A stretch of DNA of 57,234 nt, filler included, from Sphacelaria rigidula (GCA_964200075.2; 8 parts of 8 records of this genome joined end to end with filler, not necessarily neighbours in it); one strand, 5' to 3'; positions 36,002 through 49,429 are shown, numbered from the whole stretch's first letter. The notes: generated by a model from the letters alone, not told the origin. Translations and numbers: made by a program.

Positions 36002-36490
36002 TGTAATAAAGAGCAAGCGGCAGTATAATGCAACGACACAGCTTGCAATCCAAGGCACAAGCTTGGCAGGCAAGTGTACAACCGTCAGGCTGCTATAACT
36101 TGTAGGTACCGTGTGATCTGCTCAGTATCCAAATATCAGACGAGGTTCACGCGAATAGGTTCTTCACTTCTCTCTTGATTATCTTGATTCTAACTCCAGT
36201 ATCCACTCAATCAGTCCAATTCAACCCAATGCGTCTCACCGATAGGTAGACTTCTTTTGCTGGAGGGCAGTAGAGGAGCAGCTGATAGTGCTGGAGGATG
36301 GGCGAGCTATATCGGTCTCAGCCGATCTCTCTCGCCATCTTTTACAAATACACAAGCTCACATCCGAACCCGACCAACTCTGAACAGACCTGCACTCTTG
36401 GCTACTGGGATTCCTAATGTTACTGAAAGCCAGACGTCGACAACGGGTCTGAAGCGGCATGACAACAGGCTAGTATGCATCTTCATGACA
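36002..36490 (-). repeat. 3' LTR (489 bp)
   Basis: TGT...ACA termini; minus-strand tgggtgggttag immediately upstream (PPT-like); closely similar inverted copy at 45469-45957. Confidence 0.85.
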
Positions 36491-37099
36491 CTAACCCACC
36501 CAGACGAACCTTTATTACAGCTGCGAGGATTTATCCTCAAAGCAGCGAAAACTAAGGTTGTTCTTTACTCGTCAAGTCATGAGCGCCTAATAAAGCATAC
36601 CTAAAGGAACACTCCCGTACCTAACACTTCCGTACCAACAATCCTGTACCCACTCCCACATCTCAAAAGAAGGGAAGCGTAGACTGCTTCGAGGAGCAGA
36701 AAAAAATGCTCCGAAACGCGGAAGCACAAACTGCTTCGGCGTGCTAGCGATTAACGAAGAAGCACCAATTGCTTCGGCGTCTTAGTAAACGTTAAGAGGG
36801 AAAACAGGGAGGTACAACAGGGAGCAGAGCTTCAACCTGGGGGAAGCCAAACGTGCTCACAACTGTAAGATCGAAAAGCTGAAAATCGGTGATCCAACAA
36901 GATCGAGCGCCAGATGAAGGGGATACTATGGCTCCAGTAGTCGTAGGTAGCGGTCGTGTCAGTAGTTCTTGATCGTCGTTCGATGTAGGTCGCGCTATTG
37001 TGGTGTAGTAGAAGAGGATCCTGGTGGAGAGGGGGGGGGCACACAATACTTACGGGAAAAAATGGGGGTGGGGCAACAGTCGCGACAAAGAAGCGCGGT

Positions 37100-37849
37100 T
37101 CAAAGCGGGGCGTGGACGTCGTGGGTGTGGCCGATGTTGCGCTGGAGACCGCGGCGAAGTCCTTTAGACTTGAGGCGCTGGAGACACCAGGATCCGCGTG
37201 GTGCAGATGGGCTGGTGGTGTATAGCGCTGGCCGAAGGTTGAGCTGTATGGGTCTAGGGTCATCGATGAAGCGCACGATGTATGTGTCGGCCGAACCCAG
37301 GTTAGCGCAGTGGGTCTGACCCAACCACCAGAGCTTGTTACTGTTTTTGAACCAAAGGTAGCTGCCCTTGGGCAGGAGTCGCTGGTTCGCAAAGAACTTC
37401 GCCTTACAAGTCTTGGAGGGTACAAGTTCGTAACCGTCGGCGACGAAGCGTAGTCCCTGGTTGCGGTGAAGTTCGCGGGCTGCTGCGCCACGGCGCATGT
37501 TGCGATATTTCTTGTTGTGTGCAAGATGCTGATGTTGGGTTTGCGTCCAGTAAAGGAGGATTGCACGACGGTGCAATTGCAGGTCGCATTTGCGTTCTCA
37601 AGACGCTCTCCGAAGACCGTGCCAGTGTGTCTTATCCACGACAGCAATCTTGCCTCCTCGACCACGGGTTATCTGATGGCCGGAAATGGAGGACACAGCC
37701 AACCGAAGGGGCTGTTCCGTCACGTCGTCGGTTGTAACGTGGTAGGGCGGGGACTTGGTCGAGTAGCTGTTGAGAACATACGGTGTGAGTCCGGCCGGCA
37801 GGTACTTGGGCATGTCGCTTGTATCATGCGGGTCCGTGCAGGGTTGCAT
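37100..37849 (-). pseudogene. Integrase C-terminal extension: chromodomain-like plus Tudor/PWWP-like
   Basis: VSSISGHQITRGRGGKIAVVDKTHWHGLRRAS*ERKCDL in frame with GSYLWFKNSNKLWWLGQ...TYIVRFIDDP. Confidence 0.6.
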
Positions 37850-38147
37850 CTGTGCACGGAGACGCGGGGCTTAGTGTCTTTGCCCTGAAAGTCGTGAGGC
37901 AAGTCGAGATAGAGCAGTTTGTCACCAACGGGTTTTCCATCCGGTGATGATGACGATGGTCGGACTGTCAGGATCTTGAATGGTCCTGTTTACTTGAGGG
38001 ACAGTTTTGTCTTCAAAATTGTTTCGTTGGCTGCCTTGCTGGTGCCTTGGCGGATGGTCGACAAGCTGTTGTAGATCCAAATCCAATCACAAACTTTCCA
38101 GTTAGGGCGTTTGTGCATGAGATTGTAGAGAGCAGTGTTAGATCTCT

Positions 38148-39330
38148 TCAGGCGCGAGGCATTGATAGCGTGTTGTTCGCGCACGAGGGTGAACGCTTTG
38201 CGTTGCCGTTCATGTGCGAGCATGATATCTGATCCTGATCCAATCCTTGGTGGCCGTCGAACGTGTGTCGCTCGAACACGGTGATAGGCAGCCAAGAGTA
38301 GCGTCCAAGATGGAGTTCGTTCGGAGAAAGGCCTGTGGCGACATTAACCGAGTTGTTGTAGGACAACATGATGTGCGAGAGATGTAGGTCCCAGTCATTT
38401 TGGCGGTCATTGACAACCATAGAGAGCATCTGGGCCATAGTGTGATTAACTCTTTCGGTACCACCGTTACCGTTCGGGTGGTAGGTGCTCGTGGAAATTT
38501 TGCGGATGCCCAGGAGCTTGTAAAGCTCATCCGAGATGTCTGTACAAAATTGCTGATCATTGTCTGAAAGTAGTCGCTTCGGGCAGCCGTAGTGCTTAAT
38601 GTAATCGTGGACCAGTATGTCGGCCGTTCCTGCGGCAGTGAAATCTGCGGCGGTTACCGCGTACATGGACGCATGGCGGCTAAAGCGGTCAGTGAAGAGT
38701 AAGATATAGGTGTTGCCGCGACCTGCGGTCGGGAGAGGGCCGAAGTAGTCAGAGGACACAAGGTGGCCGGGCTCATCGGGGAGTCCCATAGAGATGACGG
38801 GCCAGCGTACTATCTCTCGTGAAGGTTTTCGGGCTTGGCATTTAAAGCATCGCCGAATCCAGAAGCGGGTTGAAATTTCCATGCCAACCCACCAGTAGAA
38901 GCGTTCCAAGAGCGCGAGGGTGCGGGTGACGCCAAGCTGGCATGACAAGTCTGTATGGCAGCCTTTCATGACCCAGGGGCGCATTAATAATGGCACATAT
39001 ATGCACGTTGGTTCGTCATTGAGTAATCGAGCGGTGCGTCCCGTAGTTGAGGCGGCAATTGCGCCTGTCAAGGGCGTGGGCCGACGTACGAGTAGTTGCA
39101 CGTCTTCATCCGTAGTAAAAAGGGTGCCTTTACGCACGAGTTCGTATACGTCAGAAATAACTGGCGGTGGCAGTGTCCCAACCGGGGCCAGAAGTGTGGA
39201 CGGAAAAGGGGCTGGACAGTCAAGCTGTAAGTACCGGATGGCTGCGCGACATAGCGGTTCTGCGTTTTGTTCACGAGCCCAATCACGGTGGGAGTAGCTG
39301 GCGAGAAACTCGCGTAGTTGGCCTTCCGCT
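38148..39330 (-). pseudogene. Gypsy integrase
   Basis: CH...LGVTRT...YWW...CFKCQ, SDYFGPLP, LLSDNDQQF, TERVNHT within ORF 38148-39827. Confidence 0.95.
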
Positions 39331-39897
39331 GGCGAGCCGCCCAAACATGGTAGGGCAGGCGGCGGGGGGACAGGCGGCGGGGCAGAAATGCCGACGTCAA
39401 TATCTGTCTCGGGAGCAGGAGACGAGGCGTCAGTTCCGTGCTCGGGGGCAGAAGATGTTTGCGGCGCCGCCATTGGCGGCGGGGTTGTTTCAGTGCGCGG
39501 CGAAGGTTGTCCGCGGCGCGTGGCGCACGGTGCAGAAGTTTCGCGGAGCTTTGCGTTTTGGTCCGCGGAACTTGTGTCGGGTGGCTCGTAGAGGTTGCAG
39601 GTGTTGTCGGTGGCGGCGAGGCACTCGGTGTGGTGCGGGCCGCAGACAGGCAGCGCGTGTTGTCGGAGATAAGATGGGTGACTGGGGGTGTCCCTGCGAA
39701 GAGCTTCGCGCGTGTACCGAAAGTGCGAAAATCGACAAAATCGGAGGTAGTGGGCTTTAACCCACCCGAGACGGCGCCATATGGTAAAGGGCGAGGTCCT
39801 CCCATATGCACACCTGTTTCCGGGCACTGGAGGTCGAGGGCGTAAACGGGCGTTGAAAAACGTCTGATCGGGTAAATTCCAGGTTCATCGGGTCCCG

Positions 39898-41250
39898 TTA
39901 AACGGCAAGCCGGGCTGGAATCTGCGGCCGTAGGCGGCAGAGGTAGGCGGGAAAAAAGATCCGCGTTCCCGCTGGTTTTACCTGGACGGTGCTTAATGGT
40001 ATACTGGTACGCTGTTGGAAATTCCAACCATCGTTGTATACGAGGGTTGTGTTTACCAACCTTGGCGAGTTGTTCAAGTGCTCCGTGATCCGTATAGAGA
40101 TCTCGAAGGGCACGTGAAATGGAGATTGTCGGAGGCGCTTGATGGCCCAAGTGATTACTCCGCCTTCCAGTTCTAGCGGGCTCCGATTGGCCTCGTTGGG
40201 CAGGGTAGCGCGGCTGATATAAAGGATGGATCGGACAGAGCCATCAACCTGAGGTTGATTGAAAACTCCTCCAAAACCATTTGTGCTGGCGTCAGTATGG
40301 AGTTGGAAAACGCGGGAGCCATCTTGTACTGCCTCCCAATCAGGAAAGCAAAGTACGGGCTTTTCGGTAAGCGTCTTGAGTAGTTCGCGGGTGATAGTCT
40401 CCATTCCTGTGGTGAAAGAAAACACGGCTCCTTTCTTAAGTAGCTCAGTAAGGGGGCGAATCCGTTTCGATAAATTCGACAAAAAATTGCGGTAGTAGGA
40501 TAGCCCACCCAACAATGAGCGAAGTTGAGAAATGTTAGTTGTCATCGGCGAATCAGTCATCGCCTTGACTTTGTTTGTATCCGGATGCAGGCCTGCTGGC
40601 GAAATGGAATGCCCCAAGAAATCCAAGTCAGTTGCGCCAAGGCGAGCTTCGGATGGAGACAGTTTCAAATCGCGCGTACGTAGGCGAGAGATACATTATC
40701 GTAGAGTGCGTATATGTGCAATAGGTGAGGCATCGAAAGCGATCGCGTCATCCAGGTACATGATGATGTGCTCGAGGCCCTCGGTAACGCGTTGCATTAA
40801 GCGCTGAAAGCATCCCGGGGCAGTGGCGGCGCCTCGTGGCATGCGAAGCCACTCATAGAGTCCGGACGAGGTGCAGAAAGCCGTCAGTGGGACTGTGTCA
40901 GGGTGTATAGCATTCTGAAAAAATCCAGACGCGAGGTCGAAGGTGCTGAATATTTTGCCTTCTCCTAAGGAGTCGAAGACTTCATCAATGCGGGGAATCG
41001 GAAGTTTACCGACGACAGTGACGCGGTTCAACCGTTGATAGTTCACGGTGATGCGTATGTTTCCATCCTTTTTGGGGACGAACACAAGGGGCGAGACCCA
41101 AGGAGAGGAGGAATGTTGGATTAGTCCCGCTCCCAAATATGCATCCAAGATGGCGTTAACTTTCTTGGTAAGGATTGGGTTGGTACGGTATGGCCGAGAA
41201 GAAATCGGCGAGACACCGGGTTGGGGGGTAACCTCAAAAGTGTTTTGCAA
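39898..41250 (-). pseudogene. Gypsy RT and RNase H
   Basis: SRPYR, SPWVSP, FDLASGFFQ, MPRG, YLDD; FLGH; LHTDAS; ORFs 40696-41250 and 39898-40668. Confidence 0.95.
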
Positions 41251-41962
41251 TGCCCAAGATCCGTCTTGGATCGGGAATATCGGTCTTGGTACTGTAGCAG
41301 GACACCACTGAGTTCTTGGATGACTGCCGGTTCCCAGCCGGACCCATGAAGGTCAAACTGGATGTCCCGCATGTGTGGCGGCAGTTGGTACCACATGTGC
41401 AAGAAGCTATTCCGAGAATCTGGTGATAAGCGTTGAAGCACTTCAGCAGGAGGATCGGAATTTGACTGGCCAGGATCCGCGGTGTGGACCTACGGTGGAG
41501 TAGCAGAGGCGACATCGAAATATGGTTCATCGACACAATGTACTGACTCCGCCGGAGATGTGGTGTTTGGTGCGGCAGGCTCTGTGACGCACGTCTCGAT
41601 TGGGATGTGCATCAGGGGAGCAGCGGTGATTCCTAAAACATCGCCGGGTTCCAAGTTAGCATGGCCCGTAAGAGGGAGGAGTTGTTGTCCCGCCGACACA
41701 AAATATTCTGTGTCGGCTGGTGCGCCAATACGGGGTAACATTTCGGCAAGATAATGGCCCGTAAGTGCTGGCATGCCATTTCGGCGAACTAGTGCAACTT
41801 CAAGAAGTTAGGGGTCGTCGGAGAGTGTGATACCCACACTACCGTTAGATCGTAGGTGGTAAGCAGCTCCGGTTGCTTGAGGATTCTTCTGATAAGCCAG
41901 GGTGCCGTGGAGAGTACCGAAGTGCTCGAGGTTGAATTTTCCACGCGGCGGGGAATGTGGCG

Positions 41963-42400
41963 TTAGTGGTGGAAGCTCCGGTAGGTGCTTTTATTAAACC
42001 GCATATAGCTATCTCTGCCCAATAATATGGCGTGATGCATGGTGCTGTCGGGGACAACGTATGACCAGACTGCCAGGCTGGCAGATCGAGTGGTGTTGTG
42101 AAAGAATTGAACACTGAGACGTACGGATTTGCGTGTCGTCAGTAGCGCGGCAGAGTCACCGAAACCGCCCCACACGCGAGGTTTGGTGGTGGTTTCGCAA
42201 GCTGCAGTAGCAGCGCCGGTCTGTTTAATGTGTTTCCATGTTGATTCTCGAATAAACGTTTGCGGGCTGCCGCTGTCCAACAGGGGTACGCATTTCGTAA
42301 GCGTGATAGCGTTTGGACCGGCATGGATCGCAACGCGAGTAGTAAAAGTGGCCGGATCGACAGACACTTTCCCGCCGACAAGATCCGGACCGTGTTCCGG
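41963..42400 (-). pseudogene. Gypsy aspartic protease
   Basis: PLLDSGSPQTFI ... ILLGRDS within ORF 41963-42835. Confidence 0.9.
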
Positions 42401-42902
42401 CAAGGTAAACTGGTCAGGATCAGCGGGGCTGACAGCAAAAACGCACGGCGGGTGATCCGCCGGTGGGTCAAATGTCTCACCGGAGAAGGGGGTGGACGGT
42501 ATATTATTTCCAGGTGTGGCACGGTCATTGGCGATTTCGTAAATGATCGTCTTTGGTTGACAAGGATCACCGTCGAAGGGGGATCCAGGATGTGCGGGGC
42601 TGGAGCCGTCGATTGAAGAAGTAGTGCCGTCAGAATCATGTGATTTTGTTTCTTCCGGGATACTTGATAGAGCCGTCGAGCTCAAATTCGTCGCATTTTG
42701 GAGAGATTGAGGTCGAAGATTTCCGCTCGAAAGAGGTGTACGTAATGATGCGCGCGCGTCCTTGGGGGCATGCTGACGGGGCTTTCTCTTTCGCCGTGAC
42801 AAAGGTCGGGGAACTTCCAAAACACTTGGGAGCAATGCTACGGTAGGGGTGCACTTTTTTCGCGAAATTTTGTCTGGTTCAGGGGCTCCTAACGATTCTA
42901 GA

Positions 42903-43002
42903 NNNNNNNNNNNNNNNNNNNNNNNNNNNNNNNNNNNNNNNNNNNNTTAATTAATTAANNNNNNNNNNNNNNNNNNNNNNNNNNNNNNNNNNNNNNNNNN
43001 NN
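42903..43002. other. Artificial contig spacer
   Basis: N44-TTAATTAATTAA-N44. Confidence 0.98.
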
Positions 43003-43074
43003 CGCATCTTCCATGCAATGGAGAAATGGGACTTCAACCTCATTTCATGTTTCAACCCCAAAAGTTAGGATCGG

Positions 43075-43240
43075 CTGTTCATTCTGGATGCCAGTAGACA
43101 CCTTCCGGTATATATGGACGCACCAGCCGGAGTCTGACAGGAGGAGGATCAACACAGGATTTGTTTTTGTTCCCTGTTTTTCTTTGGTACTCCACCTCCT
43201 GGGATACTTGCGTGTATATTTGTTTCGCGAGGGAAGTTGA
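43075..43240 (+). repeat. Dispersed short repeat family (also minus-strand at ~50930-51115 and ~54300-54540)
   Basis: Shared ttattctggacg..gg.tacacctttcggtata...cacaggagga...ccacct pattern. Confidence 0.65.
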
Positions 43241-43420
43241 GCGCACCCCGTTCCCCTGCTGGGGGTCCGCTCGTCGACCGTTGCGGCAGAGTTTGTGTAC
43301 CCACGGCATGTAACTGTGAAATTCGCGAGGGAAGTTGAGCGCACTTCCTTCCCCTGCTGGGGGTCCGCTCGTCGACCGTTGGGGCAGAGTTTGTGTACCC
43401 ACGGCATGTAACTGTGAAAT
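43224..43420. repeat. 98-bp tandem duplication
   Basis: ttcgcgagggaagttgagcgcac...ggcatgtaactgtgaaa occurs twice. Confidence 0.9.
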
Positions 43421-43647
43421 GTTTTTCACAAACATCATTTTTCTTGTTGTGTTGCGAGGAAAGACGCATGGGTTTGTAGGGGAGGATTTCCATCTTTGAT
43501 ATGATGGATGTACGGTGTATTCGAATACTTTTCGCATTTTTGCATGAAATACAACGGACGACGTATTTCTGCGATTATTTTCTACCGCACGCGTGCCCTG
43601 CCGCTGCGAACCACTCTCTATGGCGAGGCAACTGCTTTCGAACCCAG

Positions 43648-43858
43648 TGTAATGAGTGAGAAGACCGCGTGCTCAGGGGACCGCGCCGTAGTTCAAAACA
43701 CCGCAGGATCGATGTTTTTCAAAACCAATCGGGCCAGTCCCTGCAGGTACCACACCCCTGACCATAACTCCGAAACTGACCCTAACCCCAACCCTAACCA
43801 TAGGGATGTTCGAATTCCGATGCGGTCCTCTGAGCACGCAGTCCTCTCATGCATTAAA
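43648..43858. mobile_element. ~210-bp TGT...ACA MITE with CCCTAA-like repeats
   Basis: Full TIRs; CCCAG on both flanks (possible 5-bp TSD). Confidence 0.9.
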
Positions 43859-45249
43859 CCCAGGCGGATGTGCACAAAAATGACAAAGCCCGTACCGTGA
43901 CACCGCAAGAACCAAACCGAAAACAGCGACCGCGGCCAGGGCGACGACAACAAAACCGCTTGGGGGGCTTAGCAAGGAGCCAGAGCAGGAACCAGACACG
44001 CTTTGGCATTTAGGTTTCTATCATTTGATTTCTTTGGGAGTTTGCGTTTGATTCGGAATATTTTCGTCTCGTTGTTCGCAGCAACATGACATACCAACCA
44101 TGCGAAACGTCCCGTGGTTGTATTTTTTTGTTTGATTATTCTCGTTTTCGTCCCCTACGCCCTACGAAGTACTACCGTGGTTTGGTTATGACCTTTTAAA
44201 CTTGATCCTCCACATGATTGCGATGATTGTTTCAAGTATCGAGAAAGAAAATGATGGAGGGGGAAATGGCTATTTGCTTCCATGATTCTCTTTTCGGTTA
44301 ACTAAAAACGAAGAAAACTCATGTGATGGGGTTATCCACAGCGGAGTATTTTGGGAGAAAAGTCGTGTGATGGGATGATCCACGGCGGGGTATTTGGATA
44401 ATTTGATTAATCGGTTATGGATTTCGAAAGGGAATTTGATATTTTGCGATCCGCGCTAAGACGTTTTTGACAACGTGATTCACCGGCTCTGGATTTTGTG
44501 TTGGACATTTTCAATTACGGAAAGAACATGGCGTGGATTCAACCTCGAGTATACTTCCGAGAGCAGCACGGTTTTTAGTCTTGGGTGTCACTAAACAATT
44601 GACTATCCACCTGCCGTTCAACATGCGGGACTGACTATGCACCAGGATAACTCACGATAATTGAATCTGGGGTCATCGATGTGTTACGTTTTCATGTTCT
44701 ACCTGGAAGCAATACTCCCTGCAAATCAATATGTAATATTGAATTGGGGGGGGGGGGGGGGGGTTTCAATACGGAGTAATTTATGGTATGTTCTCTCCAG
44801 GATGTGGCGTTTATTCAATGAGTAATATTCGTCCTGATATTTGGGTGAGTGTACTGCTTATGCAGAGTAACTTCTTATCCGACTTCTTTGCATGCACTTG
44901 GACTTTGGTGTACAGGGATTGATTTTTGTGAAAGAAAAAATATTCCAAGAGTGGGACGATGAGTTTGACGATTTTGGGAATTTATCGGGCCGAATGACGA
45001 GCGAAATTTGCATCAAAGATCAGTAATTTCGAAATTAAGTGGACTGATCAATCGCTAGTTTTGGTTACAATATTTCTAGTGCTGACAGAGTTTGGGTTTA
45101 TGTTCCGAGTTACTCCCTGATAGGATACAATCAGTACGAGTCGTTGTGAAATGCACGAGTGTACTGGTACATTAATTTTCTCTGGGTATTCTAGGGTCTA
45201 TGAAGTGAACGAGGTTCGAAAGAGATTTTTTCGTGTTCTGACATTAAAA

Positions 45250-47048
45250 TGATCCAAGCTTGCAAGTTTTCACTGATGTGGGTTCTATCAACTGTTCTAG
45301 GCAGTTGATAGATGGTCGACATCAGGGAGTTTCAACTCCGGTCGCATTCATCACATATCACGCAGTCCCTAGACGTCGCAGCATTGGGATCTTCAAGAGG
45401 GAGATTATGTCAACATTGCAGTCGTTCGCACGCCGCAACGGTGGCAAGATGCCCGGTAAATCGGACATTGTCATGAAGATGCATACTAGCCTGTTGTCAT
45501 GCCGCTTCAGACCCGTTGTCGAAGTCTGGCTTTCGGTAATATTGGGAATCCTAGTAGACAAGATTGCAGGTCTGTTCAGAGTTGGTCGGGTTCGGATGTG
45601 AGCTTGTATATTGGTAAAAGATGGCTAGATAGATCGGCTGGGACCGATATAGCTCGCCCACCCTCCAGTACAATCAACTGCTCCTCTATTGCCCTCCAGC
45701 AAAAGAAGTCTAACTATCGGTGAGACGCATTGGGTTGAGTTGGACTGATTGAGTGGGTACTGGAGTTAGAATCAAGATAATCAAGAGAGAAGTGAAGAAC
45801 CTATTCGCGTGAACCTCGTCTGATATTTGGATGCTGAGCACGTCACACGGTATCTACAAGTTGTAGCAGCCTGACGGTTGTACACTTGTCTGCCAAGCTT
45901 GTGCACTGGGCTGCAAGCTGTGTTCTTGCATTATACTGCCGCTTGCTCTTTATTACAACATGGTCAACCTGGCTCGAGATGCATTTTCGGTTAGCTTCAC
46001 GCCGTCACAGGTCAAGGCATCTTTTGAGGGAGTGGGTCTGTGTCCTGTGGACATGCACCGGGCTCTGAACAGGCCACGCGGGCGTAGATTGCAACGATTG
46101 GGGCTGCAGGGTGCTCGGTCACCTTTGGCGGACATGCCAGTCGCGATAAGCGAGTACGTGCTCGCATTTGCACTTGGTGATCGTGGTGTGTGCAAGCTCC
46201 AAAGTCAAGGCCACATAATTACTGGACTGCGGGTTAGTACGGTCATGTTTGGCGGGTACCTAAACCACCTAGAAGCAAGGAGGCGTTCATAGATCTCCAG
46301 TCGCGCGAGTGGAATTGCCCGGGGAGGCATCCTCACTTCACGAGGTCATGGCAAGATACGATGAGGACGAGCGTCAAAGACGGGACGAAGAGCAAGCGAA
46401 GGCCGATCGTGCCACCGCACGGCTAGCCAAGAAGGCAGCACGGGAGACTGCCGCTGCCGCTGCAGGCCGTGGTGAAGGACGGAGCATGGGTCGTGGTGAA
46501 GCCCCCGTTAGTGGCCTAGGAGGAGGCCGTGATTGGTATGGGGTGGGCAGGCGTGAAGTGCCTCCGAAAGCGGGTGGGCTAATATATCTGCGCGAGGTGG
46601 GCGTGGGATGCCTACGGCACAGGGTGGTCGTGGTGTGCCTGCAGGACAAGGTGGACGTGGTGTGCGTGCGAGAGGGGGGCGTGAGATCCCTGCGACAGGA
46701 GGTGGGCGTGGGATGCCCGCGAGAGGAGGTGGGCGTGGGGTGCCTGCTTCAGAGGGTGAGCGTGTTGTGCCTGCAGGAGAAGGTGGGCGTAGGGTACCTG
46801 CAGGAGGTGGGCGTAGGGCGTCTACGAGAGGACGTGGAAGTGATCTCTCGGGACGTGGAAGGCTTGCGCCGACTACACAAGTTAGCTGCGGTGCAGTTGC
46901 TACAGGAGGTGGACGTGGGCGCGGTACGTCCAGGACAGTAGGTACCCCAGATGGCCGGGCAAGTCTGCGCGGACGTGAGGGTGGCCCGCCCTCGCCATCT
47001 TCGAAACGCACCCGGGGAGCGACTGCTGCTGCTGCATCATCTACATGA
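45250..47048 (+). pseudogene. pogo/Fot1-type (DDE_1) transposase C-terminal half with RGG-rich tail, split by a solo LTR
   Basis: FQLRSHSSHITQSLDVAA/GIFKREI...KSD|MVNLARDAFSVSFTPSQVKASFEGVGLCPVD matches the HxxQPLDxxxF..K and I..SF..TG..P.D motifs. Confidence 0.8.
45469..45957 (+). repeat. Solo LTR with 4-bp TSD (ACAT)
   Basis: acat|TGTCATG...ATTACA|acat; homologous to LTR 36002-36490. Confidence 0.92.
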
Positions 47049-47544
47049 GCCGTGCGGCAGCGTTTACAAGCTTTCGATTCTTACAACGCCGTCGGCGGTA
47101 GATTTGGCGAAGTTTCGCTGATCGGTTTGCTCAGTTTCGTGCTCGCTGCTCGAGCTGTGTCTGCCGTTCTCGTAGTCATTGTCGATTTTGGTGAAACGTT
47201 TGTGTTGGGGAGGAGGGGGGTAGCATACGTGCTTCATTGTTAACTCAGCCACGTCCCTCGAACACCAACTTTGGTGAGAGTTATGTCGAAAGTAATTCCA
47301 ATTGGTTGGGTAGCTCTCAACAAACGGAAAATTCAGAGCTCTACGAACGTGTTCGTCGAGTTCGGCGTTGCCAAACACTGAGAAGAATGCCCAAATTCGT
47401 TCCGAGAATGCGGGGTTACGCCAATTTAATCCCCGAATCGCCTCTTTTCCCTCTTTGGTGCCGGAAAGTGATACATTGTGGTGCACTGTGATGCATAAAG
47501 CTTTGTGCCAAAGGAGAAGGTCTGAAACGTTTCAGGTGTTCCAT

Positions 47545-48260
47545 TACCGTAGTTATTGCCGATTTCTGGTGGAAAATGAGTGGCTATGGGGCATCACTCA
47601 AGGTGCGTCATAGTACCTTAATCGTAACACACATGGACATCAATTATTAGGAGATTACTGTCAAAACGTATTTCGATTAGTTAAAAAGGGGGGAAAAAAG
47701 AAAAAATGTTTGCGTCGGGTACGGCGTTGTCAAACCCTGACTTCAAGGCCAGATTTGTTCCGAAAGCTAGGGGATAGGCTACTTTCATCCCCGTATCGCT
47801 TACTTCATTTTTTTCTTCAGAACGGACAGCACAAATCACACGGACGTTTGTATCAAAGGTGAAGGTCTGAAAGGTCCCGGGTCTTCCATTTTTGTAGTCA
47901 TGAGCTCTACCGATTTCTGGTACAAAATGAGTAATATGGGGGCATCACTCAACGTACGTCATAGACTCCCTTCATCGTAACCGATGAAAACCAAATTTTG
48001 GGAGATTAATGTCAAAACATATCCCAATGGATTGAAGGAGGAACAAAAAAAAGAAGTTTTTCGACGAGAACGGCGTGGCCGAACTCCGACTTAATGGCGA
48101 AGTTTGTTCCAAATGTTCCAAAGACCAAGGGATAAGCGATTTTCATCCCCGCACTGATTTTTGTTTCATTTGTTTTTCAAAACGGACTGTACTAATGTCA
48201 TGAACATTTTTACCAAGGGAGAATGTCGGAGACGTCTAAGGTGGCAAGAAATCAACTGCT
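47545..48260. repeat. Diverged ~350-bp tandem duplication
   Basis: ccgatttctgg...gggcatcactcaa...cgtcatag at ~47559 and ~47910. Confidence 0.75.
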
Positions 48261-49429
48261 GCGTAAAGCGTACCGTAATGGAAACAAAGGATGTTTTGGT
48301 CGCATTTTCCCGTCAACAGAGCCATACTCCACATCAACTCCTGCAACTTGGTTTGATTATTTTTCAATTTTACACAGCTTAGGTGAAAGAGGAATAAATG
48401 ATCTCTCTCCGGATGATCTAGGCATTGTTCTACGTGTCGTGGTTTTCACGAACCAGAGTTTTCCCCGTCAGATGCCGTAAGCGTACCTCAATTGGTACAT
48501 TACCTCTAGTAGTGGAGTAGGTTGTAAGAAGGAGCGCAATAAATTGAACAACAGAGAAAAAATTAGCCCAACGACAGAAAAGCAGGAACATAGGGGCTCA
48601 GATGATACTATATCACTACGACCTAGGCCGGCCAAGAGTTTATTTTGGCGCTTCAACAGTTTCATGCCGTTTCATTTTGAAACGCTTCTTGACACGACAC
48701 CCGGAAACGACTTGCTCCACTCCGAGATGGTTCCAGGACGCCTCTGCGACTTCCAGTGGCTGCAGGTTTTTTCTGCGAAAGATGCATTTTGAAAACCAAA
48801 CGATCAAGTTATCAATGATTGGCAGTTTGTTGCTGTTTGTTGACAACTTGACCGCTTCTCATTGGAGTTTCAAAAGTGGCCAAAACAACTGCGGGAAACA
48901 GAAAACCCAAAGGTGTCCTAGGATGGCTTCCACGAATATAGCCAGTCATTCCAAGGTGTCAACATCCGCGTGGCCCTCTTTCACGGTGTCAGACGACGCG
49001 GAAGGACGAAAGTTTTCACAATATTCGTAGGTTTTTACATACAGGACGTGACCTTATTGTAGTGCTACATAAAATTTCAGGAAAAACAAGTGTTTTCACC
49101 CGACTAGATATCAATCGTCAAAGGGTTCTTTCTTGTTTACAAAAAACATAAAGCGAACCGTTTACAATAATACGTTTTCCAGTATGTTTTCGCCAAGCAC
49201 CCGTTCGCATGTGATCCAGGCGTTATCAAAATCGGAAAAGCAGGTTTCATGGCGTTCGACGAGGCGTGTGAGCATAAGCCTCAAATTCTGGGCCGCGCGC
49301 GAGAGATAGCACTCTGCTGTTGTATCGAGATGTACGATCCATACTGTACTGTAACATTGACTGAGCAGCACTACTATGTAGGCTGCACGACGCGACACTA
49401 GTCACGAGCGCACCGCTTTCCCGTAAAAG

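Larger units (their letters stand above)
36002..42840 (-). mobile_element. Ty3/Gypsy retrotransposon (PR-RT-RH-INT-chromo/Tudor-like tail-3' LTR), 5'-truncated
   Basis: LLDSGSPQTFI, YLDD, LHTDAS, HHCC-like zinc finger plus D,D,E integrase, GPF motif, 3' LTR preceded by a purine-rich tract. Confidence 0.95.

Noticed and set aside
43224-43420. CRISPR-like repeat
   Set aside because: Simple two-copy 98-bp tandem duplication with no spacers.
44000-45240. AT-richer stretch without long ORFs as a possible viral or organellar insert
   Set aside because: No recognisable protein or RNA motif in manual translation.
46508-47011. Proline-rich 167-aa minus-strand ORF
   Set aside because: Reverse complement of the GGGRG tandem repeat.
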